64,000 nucleotides of DNA. Origin: an uncultured Gemmatimonadota bacterium. GTDB lineage: Bacteria > JAAXHH01. The stretch lies in NCBI GenBank assembly GCA_951812955.1, contig OX638340.1, positions 160,001 to 224,000 on the forward strand. Direction: 5' to 3'. Every line of letters starts with the position of its first letter. Within the stretch, counting starts at the first letter, position 1. The notes under the pieces are model-generated. The model was not told where the DNA came from. It was given only the letters and a program-made list of their open reading frames with translations, and ran no database searches. The translations under genes and the position numbers were made by a program. This document shows positions 46,064 to 56,847 of this stretch, one piece after another.

Positions 46064-47998
46064 ATGAACCTGTATCTCCGAATACTGTCCTATGTAAAGC
46101 CCTACTGGTACTTCATGGCCGGCGCCATGGTGTGCATGGCCTTCTTTGCGCTGACCAGCAGCGCAACGGTCTGGGTGGCCCTGCCCTTTCTGCAGACCCT
46201 GTTCGGCCATCAAACCGTACAGACGGACCAGTCCGGGCAGACCGGGCAAACCGTACAGACGGACCAGACCGGGCAGTCCGGGCAGACCGGGCAGTTCGAC
46301 TTGGCGCGGGATTCGGCGAACCGGTTGGAGCAACGGGCCGGGATGGCGGGCCTGCGCGAGTCGTTGAAGGATCGCACCAACGCCCTGATCACCCGGCCGA
46401 CCAGGCAGGCTACGCTGGAACGCCTCTGCCTGATCATCCTGTTCATCCTCCTGATCAAGAACATCAGCAGTTACCTGCAGGCCTACCTGATGGCCTACGC
46501 CGAGAACGGGGTCATCAAGGACCTACGGAACCATCTCTATATCCACCTTCACCGCCTTTCCCTGTCCTACTTCCACCGTGAACGCACGGGAGAGCTCATC
46601 TCCCGCGTGTCCTACGACGTCATGAAGATCAACGGGACGGTTTCCGCCGCCTTCGGGACGTTGATCAAGGAACCTATGCTGGTGGTGGTCTACCTCGCGA
46701 TCCTCTTGATCCTGAGCTGGCAATTGACGCTGGTCTCCCTGGTGCTTCTTCCCTTCAGCGTCCTCGTCATCACCACGGTGGGCAGGCGGCTGCGCCGGAG
46801 CAGCACCGCCTCACAGGAAGCCATGGCCGATCTGACCTCGACGCTCCAGGAGACCGTGGCCGGCGTACGGGTGGTCAAGGCCTTCAACATGGAATCCTTC
46901 GAGATCGGCAAGTTCAAGCGGCAGACCCAGCATTACTTCGCCACGCTGCTTCGACTGACCCACATGCACAACCTGGCCAGCCCCATCACGGAGATCCTGG
47001 GCAGCTTCGTCGGCCTGGCGATCCTCTGGTACGGCGGCCGGCAGGTCCTCGAAGGCGGCCTGCTTGCTCCGGAGGATTTCCTGACATTCTTTCTCGCCCT
47101 CTTTTCCATGATGAAACCGGTCAAGGAACTCGGACAGGTGCACAACCGAATCCAGGAGGGAATCGCGGCCGCCGACCGCGTGTTTTCGATCCTGGACACG
47201 GCGCCCGAAATCACGGACGCGCCCGAAGCGGAGCGGCTTCCCGACCTGCGGCGGGAAATCCGGTTCCACCGTGTTGCCTTCCGGTACGACAGGTCCGCCG
47301 AACCCGCCCTTGAGGATATCGATCTCGTGGTCCGATCGGGAGAGACCGTGGCCCTCGTGGGACCGAGCGGTGGTGGCAAGTCCACCCTGGTTGACCTCGT
47401 CGCACGGTTTTACGACCCGACCTGCGGGCGTATCGAGATAGATGGGAAAGACCTGCGTTCGGTCACCGTGGCGTCCCTCCGGGACAAGATGGGCATCGTG
47501 ACACAGGACGTGATCCTGTTCAACGACACGGTCCGCAACAATATCGCTTACGGCGTGCAGGACATGCCCGTGGACCGGATACAATCCGCCGCGGCTGCTG
47601 CCAACGCGGATGCCTTCATCGACCAGTTGCCCGATGGATACGAAACATATCTCGGGGAACGCGGCGTGCGTCTCTCCGGGGGCCAGCGCCAGCGTATCGC
47701 GATCGCAAGGGCCATCCTGAAGGATCCCCAGATCCTCATATTCGACGAGGCCACCTCCAGTCTGGATACCGAGTCCGAACTGCTGGTCCAGGAGGCCATC
47801 GACCGGTTGATGGCGGGGAGGACGGCCCTGGTCATCGCCCATCGCCTGTCGACCGTGCAGAAGGCGGACCGGGTGGTCGTGGTCGACCGTGGCCGTATCG
47901 TGCAGACCGGCGATCACGGATCGCTGATCCGGGAAGACGGCCTGTACCGGAAGCTCTACAATCTGCAGTTCCGGGACCAGGAACCCGTCGCGGAATAA
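46064..47998 (+). CDS. ABC transporter, fused permease/ATPase, MsbA-like (lipid A/LPS export type)
   Basis: 644 aa; 6 TM then Walker A GPSGGGKST, signature LSGGQRQRIAIARA, Walker B ILIFDEATSSLD; Q/T/G-rich insert in first external loop. Confidence 0.8.
   Translation: MNLYLRILSYVKPYWYFMAGAMVCMAFFALTSSATVWVALPFLQTLFGHQTVQTDQSGQTGQTVQTDQTGQSGQTGQFDLARDSANRLEQRAGMAGLRESLKDRTNALITRPTRQATLERLCLIILFILLIKNISSYLQAYLMAYAENGVIKDLRNHLYIHLHRLSLSYFHRERTGELISRVSYDVMKINGTVSAAFGTLIKEPMLVVVYLAILLILSWQLTLVSLVLLPFSVLVITTVGRRLRRSSTASQEAMADLTSTLQETVAGVRVVKAFNMESFEIGKFKRQTQHYFATLLRLTHMHNLASPITEILGSFVGLAILWYGGRQVLEGGLLAPEDFLTFFLALFSMMKPVKELGQVHNRIQEGIAAADRVFSILDTAPEITDAPEAERLPDLRREIRFHRVAFRYDRSAEPALEDIDLVVRSGETVALVGPSGGGKSTLVDLVARFYDPTCGRIEIDGKDLRSVTVASLRDKMGIVTQDVILFNDTVRNNIAYGVQDMPVDRIQSAAAAANADAFIDQLPDGYETYLGERGVRLSGGQRQRIAIARAILKDPQILIFDEATSSLDTESELLVQEAIDRLMAGRTALVIAHRLSTVQKADRVVVVDRGRIVQTGDHGSLIREDGLYRKLYNLQFRDQEPVAE
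46211..46294 (+). repeat. in-frame 36-bp tandem repeat (2 copies + 12-bp partial) inside the MsbA-like gene
   Basis: CAAACCGTACAGACGGACCAG(T/A)CCGGGCAG(A/T)CCGGG x2 then CAGACCGGGCAG; encodes QTVQTDQSGQTG-QTVQTDQTGQSG-QTGQ. Confidence 0.8.
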
Positions 47999-48008
47999 CG
48001 GACGGTGG

Positions 48009-49154
48009 ATGATGTGGTATCCTATCGAGAAGCGTTTCAAGACCCGCGTGCTCAAATGGCTGGCAAGCCATCCCCTGGGACAGCGCCACGCGCCGCCCGG
48101 CACGGTCGATCCGGATGGCATCAACCGGATCCTGATCATCCGGCAGCATGATCAGTTCGGCGATTTCCTGCTGACCACCCCCGCGATCCGTGCGCTGCGT
48201 GCGCGGTTTCCCGATGCGCACCTGTCGCTGGTCGTCCGCGCCTACTTGTATCCCGTGGCCCAGGGCAATCCGGACGTGGACCAGGTCCTGGTTTTCCACG
48301 AATCCGGTTTTCGCTGGCGACCCCGAGACATCCGTTCTTTCGTCGACCTGATGCGCGGGTCCATCGACCTCGCCGTCGTGTTCAATACGGTATCCCATTC
48401 CTTCTCCAGCGACCTGATCGCCTGGCTCTCCGGCGCCCCCGTAGTCATGGGACCCGCGACACCCACTTTCGACCACCTCGATCATAATCCGTTCTACACG
48501 GTAAACGTACCCGTCAATCCCGAACCCAGGCACCAGATCCAGCGAAACCTGGACGTGGTCCGGTATGTAGGCGCGGATACGGAAGACCTTTCCTACGGTT
48601 ATGCCATGTCCGAGGATGAACGGGCCGGAGGACGTGAAGTAGTCGAAGGACAGGCAGGAGGTCCGACCGCGCCCGGAGGCCCCGTGGTCGCCGTCCACTT
48701 CGGAACCGGGGACGTGAGGAAACGATATCCGGTCGGACAACTGGCCCGCGTTTGCGACGAGTTGGCCACCCGACTCTCCGCCCGGATCCTGGTCATACCC
48801 GCACCGGGGGACGAGGCACTGCTGCGCGCCCTGTGCGACGCGGCATCCACGCCCCTGCGCGGGGTGCCGCCCATGTCGCTGCGGAGGGTAGCCGGAGTGC
48901 TCCACGCCGCGGATCTGCTCGTGTGCAATGATACCGGGGTACTTCACCTGGCCGCCGCGGTAGGAACGCCGACTCTTTCCTTCCACGCCACGAGTGATCC
49001 GGCCTACTGGAAACCGCCCGGCGCCGGGCACCGCGCCTTCTATGCCGTCAGCCGGCGGATCGATGAGATCCCGCCGGACCGGGTTTGCCGCGAAATTTCC
49101 GCCATGCTCGATGGTCCCCCCGGGGCCGGAACAGGCGAGATAATCCGCGTCTGA
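48009..49154 (+). CDS. family-9 glycosyltransferase (ADP-heptose:LPS heptosyltransferase-like)
   Basis: 381 aa; RILIIRQHDQFGDFLLTTPAIRALR N-term and C-terminal LVCNDTGVLHLAAAVGTPTLSF (GT9 hallmark). Confidence 0.75.
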   Translation: MMWYPIEKRFKTRVLKWLASHPLGQRHAPPGTVDPDGINRILIIRQHDQFGDFLLTTPAIRALRARFPDAHLSLVVRAYLYPVAQGNPDVDQVLVFHESGFRWRPRDIRSFVDLMRGSIDLAVVFNTVSHSFSSDLIAWLSGAPVVMGPATPTFDHLDHNPFYTVNVPVNPEPRHQIQRNLDVVRYVGADTEDLSYGYAMSEDERAGGREVVEGQAGGPTAPGGPVVAVHFGTGDVRKRYPVGQLARVCDELATRLSARILVIPAPGDEALLRALCDAASTPLRGVPPMSLRRVAGVLHAADLLVCNDTGVLHLAAAVGTPTLSFHATSDPAYWKPPGAGHRAFYAVSRRIDEIPPDRVCREISAMLDGPPGAGTGEIIRV

Positions 49155-49181
49155 ACCCGAATCGATTACGGGCTAATTATC

Positions 49182-49210
49182 TTGACAGGCACCCGGGCTT
49201 CCGGTACCAT
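49182..49210 (+). promoter_or_regulatory. candidate sigma70-like promoter (TTGACA-17-TACCAT) upstream of methyltransferase/DUF4212/symporter module
   Basis: TTGACA 49182-49187; TACCAT 49205-49210. Confidence 0.25.
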
Positions 49211-49257
49211 GTAGCCCGCTCGCGCGCAGGCCGCAACAGGCATGGAAACTGGTAAAC

Positions 49258-49758
49258 ATGGCGACCAAACTCGATATGGGCTGCGGTCCCTTCGGGAAAC
49301 TGGAAGGCGCCGTCGGCCTGGATATCAATGACGCGGCGCACGTGGACGTCGTGCACGATCTGGACGAGTACCCCTATCCCTTCGTCGACGGCCAGTTCGA
49401 TCATATCGAGATGTCCCACATTCTGGAACATATCCGCCAGCCGGCCAGGGCCATGGACGAAGTTTTCCGCATCGCGCGATCCGGGGCGTCGATCCGTATC
49501 GTCACGCCCCATTACTCTTCCCAGTTGTCCTATGGCGACCTGACCCACTATCATCACTTCGGCTACGTGACGATCACCCAGATGTGCCGGGACGGGCGGT
49601 TCCGAATGGACGGCTGCAGGCTGATTTTCAGCGACATCTACCGGGTACTGGGCATCAGCCTGTTCGCCAACTGGTTTCCCCGGCGTTGGGAGAAATACCT
49701 CGCGTTCATCTTCCCGGGCATGTACGTAGAGGCGAATCTGAGCGTTGTCAAAGCTTGA
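49258..49758 (+). CDS. class I SAM-dependent methyltransferase
   Basis: 166 aa; motif I LDMGCG, motif post-I DINDAAHVD. Confidence 0.55.
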   Translation: MATKLDMGCGPFGKLEGAVGLDINDAAHVDVVHDLDEYPYPFVDGQFDHIEMSHILEHIRQPARAMDEVFRIARSGASIRIVTPHYSSQLSYGDLTHYHHFGYVTITQMCRDGRFRMDGCRLIFSDIYRVLGISLFANWFPRRWEKYLAFIFPGMYVEANLSVVKA

Positions 49759-49786
49759 ACGGAACGGGATGAACCGGAGGGCCGAC

Positions 49787-50098
49787 ATGGCCGCATCGAC
49801 AGATACCACCGGAAACAAGGCCGCACGGGCCCTGCGCCGGTACTGGCGGGCCAATATTCGGTTCATGGCCGTGTTGCTCGGGCTGTGGGCCCTGGCCGGA
49901 CTGGGCGCCGGCATCCTGTTCGCGGACGCGCTCAACGCTTACCGGATATCCGGCACCGGCTTTCCCCTGGGTTTCTGGTTCGCCCACCAGGGCAGCATCA
50001 TCGTGTTCGTGCTGCTCATCCTGGCCTACTGCCTCTACATGAACCGCCTGGATAAACGGCACCGTCGCGAACTCGAAAGTACGGAACAGGAAGGTTAG
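49787..50098 (+). CDS. DUF4212-type small membrane protein (putative small subunit of Na+/solute symporter)
   Basis: about 104 aa from ATG 49787 (GGAGGG RBS); 2 TM helices; position immediately upstream of an SSS-family permease is characteristic. Confidence 0.55.
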   Translation: MAASTDTTGNKAARALRRYWRANIRFMAVLLGLWALAGLGAGILFADALNAYRISGTGFPLGFWFAHQGSIIVFVLLILAYCLYMNRLDKRHRRELESTEQEG

Positions 50099-50107
50099 AA
50101 TCGGCCT

Positions 50108-51961
<1,854 letters not shown>

Positions 51962-51979
51962 TCGACGGGAGCCGGCGCC

Positions 51980-52768
51980 ATGTCCATTTCCGTCATAGTC
52001 ATAGCCCGGGACGAAGCCCTCCGGATCGAAACCTGCCTGCAGAGCGCGCGCTTCGCCGACGAGATCGTGCTCGTGGACTCCGGGAGCACGGACGACACCG
52101 TCGCCATCGCGCGGAAGTACGCCGACCAGGTCATCGAATCGGAGTGGCGTGGCTACGGCGCGACCAAGCAACTGGCCCTGGAGCACGCCAGCGGGGACTG
52201 GGTACTCTGGCTGGACGCGGACGAACGCGTCCCGCCGGACCTGCGGGATGAGATCCTCGCCACAGTGGATGCCGGCGAGCATGCCGGATACCGCATCGCT
52301 CGGAAGACGTTTTTCCTGGGACGCTGGATTCGCCACTGCGGCTGGTATCCCGACTACGTACTCCGCCTGTTCCGGCGTGCGGCCGAACCCCGGTTTACCG
52401 ACGACGAGGTCCACGAGTCGCTGCGCATCCAGGGCACGACCGGCGATCTGAAACACCCGATGATTCACGATACCGATCCCACACTCCACCACTACCTCCG
52501 CAAGTTCAACAGTTTTACCAGTCTCGGCGCCCGCCAGCTATACCTGTCTGGCCGGCGTTTCCGTTTGACAGATCTGGTGTTCCGTCCGATTTTTACCCTG
52601 GTGAAAATGTACGTGCTGAAGCGGGGTTTCCTGGATGGCCTGCCCGGCTTCATCTTGTGCGGCCTTTCCGCCTGTTACGTTTTCGCCAAGTACGCCAAGT
52701 TATGGCACCTGCACGCCCGCGGCTCCGCCGACTTCGAATCGGGCGCGGCGGGCGGCCAGTCCTCCTGA
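51980..52768 (+). CDS. family-2 glycosyltransferase, WaaE/KdtX-like
   Basis: ISVIVIARDE, DSGSTDDT, LDADE, KRGFLDG...YAKLWH tail; paralog of 42939 and 52794 genes. Confidence 0.75.
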   Translation: MSISVIVIARDEALRIETCLQSARFADEIVLVDSGSTDDTVAIARKYADQVIESEWRGYGATKQLALEHASGDWVLWLDADERVPPDLRDEILATVDAGEHAGYRIARKTFFLGRWIRHCGWYPDYVLRLFRRAAEPRFTDDEVHESLRIQGTTGDLKHPMIHDTDPTLHHYLRKFNSFTSLGARQLYLSGRRFRLTDLVFRPIFTLVKMYVLKRGFLDGLPGFILCGLSACYVFAKYAKLWHLHARGSADFESGAAGGQSS

Positions 52769-52793
52769 AACCGCACCTTCACCGGCGACTCCC

Positions 52794-53606
52794 ATGCAAA
52801 CGCTGTCCGTCGTGGTAATCACCCGCAATGAGGAACGGAAACTCCGCTGCTGCCTGGATCCCGTCTCCTGGGCCGACGACATCGTCGTAGTAGACAGTTA
52901 CAGCACCGACGCCACGGTGGAAATCGCGGAAACCTACACCGGCCGCGTGTTTCGTCGGGCCTGGTCCGGCTTTGCCGACCAGCGGAATTTCGGCATGGAG
53001 CAGGCCCGCGGGGAATGGATACTCTTTCTCGACGCGGATGAATACGTCACCGGCGGGCTCGAGCAGCGTATTCGCGAATTGTTGCGGGACGGCGGGGACT
53101 ACGACGCCTACAAGATCCATCGCCTGGAACACTTCCTTCGGTTTCCGATCAGACACGGGACCCTCAATCCGAGTTACCAGCCCCGGCTGCTGAGAAAAGG
53201 GAAGGGGTACTGGACGGGCGGCGCGCACGCCCATATCGAGGTAGACGGCCACGGCGAACTGGGCCTGATCCACGAGGACCTCTACCATGATTCGCACAAC
53301 TCGCTCTCCGATTTCATCGAACGGATCAACCAGTACACCACGGTGGACGCGGAAGAGCGTATTCTGGCGGGGCAGCGTGTGGGACGACTGCGCCTGGTGC
53401 TTTCACCTGTCGGGATGGCCTGGAAGTGCTATATCGTTAAAAAGGGGTACCGGGACGGGTTCCCCGGCCTGCTGTTCAGCCTTTGTATGGGGATCTATTC
53501 GTTCCTGAGGCTGGTCAAGGTCTGGCAGCACGGATCCCGGGTAGAGGAGCGTACGGAAGGCCGGGCGAAGGATAACCCGGAAGGCCGGGCGCAGTCGCCG
53601 TCGTGA
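52794..53606 (+). CDS. family-2 glycosyltransferase, WaaE/KdtX-like
   Basis: about 270 aa from ATG 52794 (ORF track 52635 overlaps previous gene); LSVVVITRNEE, DSYSTD, LDADE, KKGYRDG...KVWQH tail. Confidence 0.75.
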   Translation: MQTLSVVVITRNEERKLRCCLDPVSWADDIVVVDSYSTDATVEIAETYTGRVFRRAWSGFADQRNFGMEQARGEWILFLDADEYVTGGLEQRIRELLRDGGDYDAYKIHRLEHFLRFPIRHGTLNPSYQPRLLRKGKGYWTGGAHAHIEVDGHGELGLIHEDLYHDSHNSLSDFIERINQYTTVDAEERILAGQRVGRLRLVLSPVGMAWKCYIVKKGYRDGFPGLLFSLCMGIYSFLRLVKVWQHGSRVEERTEGRAKDNPEGRAQSPS

Positions 53607-53626
53607 AGGACAATTCGGACTGAATC

Positions 53627-54586
53627 ATGTCACAGGACGAACGATGCAGTATCGTGATACCGACGTGGAACGCGGGTTCATTGATCGAACGGTGCCTGCG
53701 CGCACTGAAGGATCACGGGGAAGCGGACCGTACGGAGATCGTAGTGGTCGACGACGGCGGCACGGACGACTCCGTCGAAAGGATAGAGGCGGCCTGTCCG
53801 GATGCGGTCCTGGCCAGGCACGGGGAGAACAGGGGTTTTGCCGCGGCGTGCAACACGGGCGTGGCCCGGGCTTCGCACGAAGTCGTGGTCCTGCTCAACA
53901 ACGACATCGTCGCCACCGGCCCGTTCCTGGATCCGCTCCTTTCCCATTTCCGGGATGACCGGGTGTTCGCTGTCAATCCCCGGGTCTACCACGCCTCGGA
54001 TCGGCGTCCCGGCGGCGGGTTGGTGCGGGGGTACATGCACTGCGGGCTGTTACGACTCAGGTGGGCCGAAAGCGAGTCCCGGCGCGAAGCCGGAGGACTC
54101 ACGCTGTACGCCAACGGGGCCGCCATGGCGGTTTCCAGGGAAAAGTACCTGTCGCTCGGTGGATTCGACACCCTGTACGCGCCCTTTTACTCGGAAGACC
54201 TGGACCTGTCCTACCGTGCGTACCAGCGGGGATGGACCGTGCAATATGAACCGGAAAGCCGGCTTGACCACGATCACGGCGCCACGATCGGCGCCCGACA
54301 TGATCAGACCCGCATCGACCGGGTCAGCATGAGAAACCGGATCCTCTTCGTGTGGCGCAACGTACGGGACGGGCGGTACCTGGCCGGTCATGTCCTTTGG
54401 ATGATCGCCCGCTCGTTCGGCGCGATGCTGAAGGGCGATCTGGCCTTTCTTGGGGCGCTTGTGGACGCGACGGCCCGGTGGGGCGCGGTGATGAAGCGGC
54501 GGCGGTCCGATCAGGAACCCGTGGTCTCCGACCGCGAGATCCTGCGATCCACATCCAGGTGGGCCGGTCGCGAACAGGCCGGATAG
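53627..54586 (+). CDS. family-2 glycosyltransferase (GT-A fold)
   Basis: CSIVIPTWN, VVVDDGGTDDS, LLNNDI, DxD-like FYSEDLDL. Confidence 0.7.
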   Translation: MSQDERCSIVIPTWNAGSLIERCLRALKDHGEADRTEIVVVDDGGTDDSVERIEAACPDAVLARHGENRGFAAACNTGVARASHEVVVLLNNDIVATGPFLDPLLSHFRDDRVFAVNPRVYHASDRRPGGGLVRGYMHCGLLRLRWAESESRREAGGLTLYANGAAMAVSREKYLSLGGFDTLYAPFYSEDLDLSYRAYQRGWTVQYEPESRLDHDHGATIGARHDQTRIDRVSMRNRILFVWRNVRDGRYLAGHVLWMIARSFGAMLKGDLAFLGALVDATARWGAVMKRRRSDQEPVVSDREILRSTSRWAGREQAG

Positions 54587-54633
54587 TCGGATTCTGCGCG
54601 CGCTCGGATTCTGCACTTGCTCGGATTCTGCAC
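54587..54633. repeat. three direct repeats (C)TCGGATTCTGC(AC) at 16-18 bp spacing in the 71-bp gap between GT2 and GT9 genes
   Basis: copies starting 54587, 54605, 54621. Confidence 0.7.
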
Positions 54634-54657
54634 GACAAATGGATAAGTTTGACTACC

Positions 54658-55701
54658 ATGAAAGCACCGGAACTGGATCGGATCCTCATTTCCCGTTTGC
54701 GGTTCATCGGCGATGTCGTGCTTACCACGCCGGTGATCAGGGCGCTGAAGCGTCAGTACCCGGAAGCGGGCCTCTACTTCTTGGCGGAGTCGGGACCCGC
54801 GGCGGTCCTCGCCCGGAACCCCTACCTGGAAGAAGTGATCGTGCTGCCGGATGAGCTCCTTCCAGGCCGGGCCGTCCTGACCCGGTGCGCTGCCCAGGTG
54901 CGGTTCCTTCGTTCATTGCGAAAGCGGCGGTTCGACCTGTCGATCGATCTCTTTGGCAATCCCCGAAGCGCGTTGCTGACCCTGGCCACGGGTGCGCGGT
55001 ACCGGGTCGGCTATGATGTTCGGGGAAGGGGCCGGGCGTATAATGTCAAGATCAGGCGGACCGAATCCCGCCGGGTGCTCGATGCCTACCTGGACGCCGT
55101 ACGGACGATAGGGGTTCCGGTCGAGGACGATCGCACCGAAGTGCATTTCTCCGTGGAAGACGCGAAGTGGGCGGACTCCTGGCTGAAGGCGCGGGGAATC
55201 GACGGAACCCGTCCGATTGTCGCCTTGAACCCCGGCGCCAGCTGGCCCGCCAAGACCTGGAGCGCGGGGCGGTTCGCCGAACTGGCGGCGGGGTTGACCG
55301 GAGAACTGAATGCGGCGGTCCTGCTGGTGGCGGGACCGGGTCAGCGGGATTTCATGAATGTAACAGACGCGCTGACCGCTCATGACTGTCCCGTCGTGCA
55401 TACCGATTCGCTCACCCGTCTGGCGGCGTTGATCCACCGCTGCCGCCTGTACGTTTCAAATGACTGTGGCCCGATGCATATCGCTGTCGCCGTGGGCACG
55501 CCTACGATCGGCCTCTTCGGACCGAGCCGGCCGGAGATCTGGTTTCCCTATTCGGCTGAGGAAGGGCACGTAGCACTGCAGGCCGAAACGGACAACTGCT
55601 GCGGCCGCGATTTCTGCATAAGGTCGACGCCCTGCATCGAATCGATCTCGCCGCGCAAAGTGCTCGACACCGCGGAATCTCTGCTAGGCCGGTCCGTTTA
55701 A
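54658..55701 (+). CDS. family-9 glycosyltransferase (heptosyltransferase-like)
   Basis: about 347 aa from ATG 54658; RILISRLRFIGDVVLTTPVIRALK; C-terminal YVSNDCGPMHIAVAVGTPTIGLFG. Confidence 0.75.
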   Translation: MKAPELDRILISRLRFIGDVVLTTPVIRALKRQYPEAGLYFLAESGPAAVLARNPYLEEVIVLPDELLPGRAVLTRCAAQVRFLRSLRKRRFDLSIDLFGNPRSALLTLATGARYRVGYDVRGRGRAYNVKIRRTESRRVLDAYLDAVRTIGVPVEDDRTEVHFSVEDAKWADSWLKARGIDGTRPIVALNPGASWPAKTWSAGRFAELAAGLTGELNAAVLLVAGPGQRDFMNVTDALTAHDCPVVHTDSLTRLAALIHRCRLYVSNDCGPMHIAVAVGTPTIGLFGPSRPEIWFPYSAEEGHVALQAETDNCCGRDFCIRSTPCIESISPRKVLDTAESLLGRSV

Positions 55702-55721
55702 TCACCCAACCGGAATAATCC

Positions 55722-56762
55722 ATGCCCGTATCACCCGAACGAATCCTGGTCATTAAACTGCGAGCCACAGGTGACGTCGTTCTATCTACTCCCGTAATCG
55801 AAAACCTGAAGCGGCGGTTTCCCGGGGCCCGTATCACATTTCTGACGGAAGAGGCCTCCGCTGACGTATTGAGATGGAATGAATTCCTGGATGACCTCAT
55901 CGTGCTGCCGGTTCGTCGGTGGAAACGCGCCGGTTTCCGGCGGTCCTGGCGCGAGCAGGCTCGTTTCTACCGTAACCTGCGCCGCAGGCGTTTCGATCTC
56001 GCGATAGACCTCTTCGGCAACCCGCGCAGCGCCGTGCTGACCTGGCTGAGCGGGGCGGCGAACCGGGTCGGCTACGCCTTCAGGGGGCGTCGCCTCGCCT
56101 ACAACACCGTGGTTGCGCCCCCGGAACGGGCGGGGCACGAGGTCCTTTTCCACCTCGAGGCCCTCGAGGCCCTGGACATCCCGGTTGTCACCAGCCGGCC
56201 AGCCGTCACCATACCCGGGACGGCCGAAGGAAAGGCGCGCCGGTGGCTGCGTGGGCATATCCAGGAAAGCCGCGCGGTCGTTGGGCTGAATCCAGGTGGC
56301 GGATGGGCAATCAAGCGGTGGCCGCCGGACAGTTTCGGCCGCCTGGCAGACGCCCTGATCGATGAATTCGGCGTGGAAGTCCTGGTCATGTGGGGTCCGG
56401 GCGAAGAGGCGCTCGTCGAAGCGGTGGCCGGCGCCATGCGTAACCGTCCCTTCGTTATCCCCGCGGTAACGCTCGCGGAACTCGGCGCCTACCTCAAACG
56501 CTGCTGCCTGCTGGTCAGTAACGACAGCGGTCCGATGCACATGGCCGCGGCGCTGGACGTTCCGACGATCGGTATTTTCGGTCCAACCGATCCCCGGGCC
56601 CAGGGGCCATGGGGCGATGGTCACGGTGTGGTGCGGAAGGAAAGTGTCGACTGTCTCGGCTGCAACCGGGTCGAATGTCCCATCGGCAACATTTGCATGA
56701 CGACGCTGGAACCCCGAGAGGTACTCGAGAAGATACAGCCATACATTCCAGTCGAAGCTTGA
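55722..56762 (+). CDS. family-9 glycosyltransferase (heptosyltransferase-like)
   Basis: 346 aa; ILVIKLRATGDVVLSTPVIENLK; LVSNDSGPMHMAAALDVPTIGIFG. Confidence 0.75.
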   Translation: MPVSPERILVIKLRATGDVVLSTPVIENLKRRFPGARITFLTEEASADVLRWNEFLDDLIVLPVRRWKRAGFRRSWREQARFYRNLRRRRFDLAIDLFGNPRSAVLTWLSGAANRVGYAFRGRRLAYNTVVAPPERAGHEVLFHLEALEALDIPVVTSRPAVTIPGTAEGKARRWLRGHIQESRAVVGLNPGGGWAIKRWPPDSFGRLADALIDEFGVEVLVMWGPGEEALVEAVAGAMRNRPFVIPAVTLAELGAYLKRCCLLVSNDSGPMHMAAALDVPTIGIFGPTDPRAQGPWGDGHGVVRKESVDCLGCNRVECPIGNICMTTLEPREVLEKIQPYIPVEA

Positions 56763-56787
56763 CATTAACCGGTCCACATGTTATATT
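56759..56787 (+). promoter_or_regulatory. candidate sigma70 promoter for rng-rplU-rpmA (TTGACA-17-TATATT)
   Basis: TTGACA 56759-56764 (overlapping GT9 stop), TATATT 56782-56787; AT-richer tract follows. Confidence 0.4.
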
Positions 56788-56847
56788 TTACTACTTTGGA
56801 ACGCTTACTTTAACCGGCTCTCCTGGAGCCAGACAGAAGGTTTTTAT

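Noticed and set aside
52635-52793. Long N-terminal extension (MACPASS...) of the third WaaE-like GT2 from the ORF track
   Set aside because: Overlaps the C-terminus of the preceding GT2 in another frame; Pro/Ala/Ser-rich, and the conserved GT2 N-terminus (LSVVVITRNEE) starts at ATG 52794.
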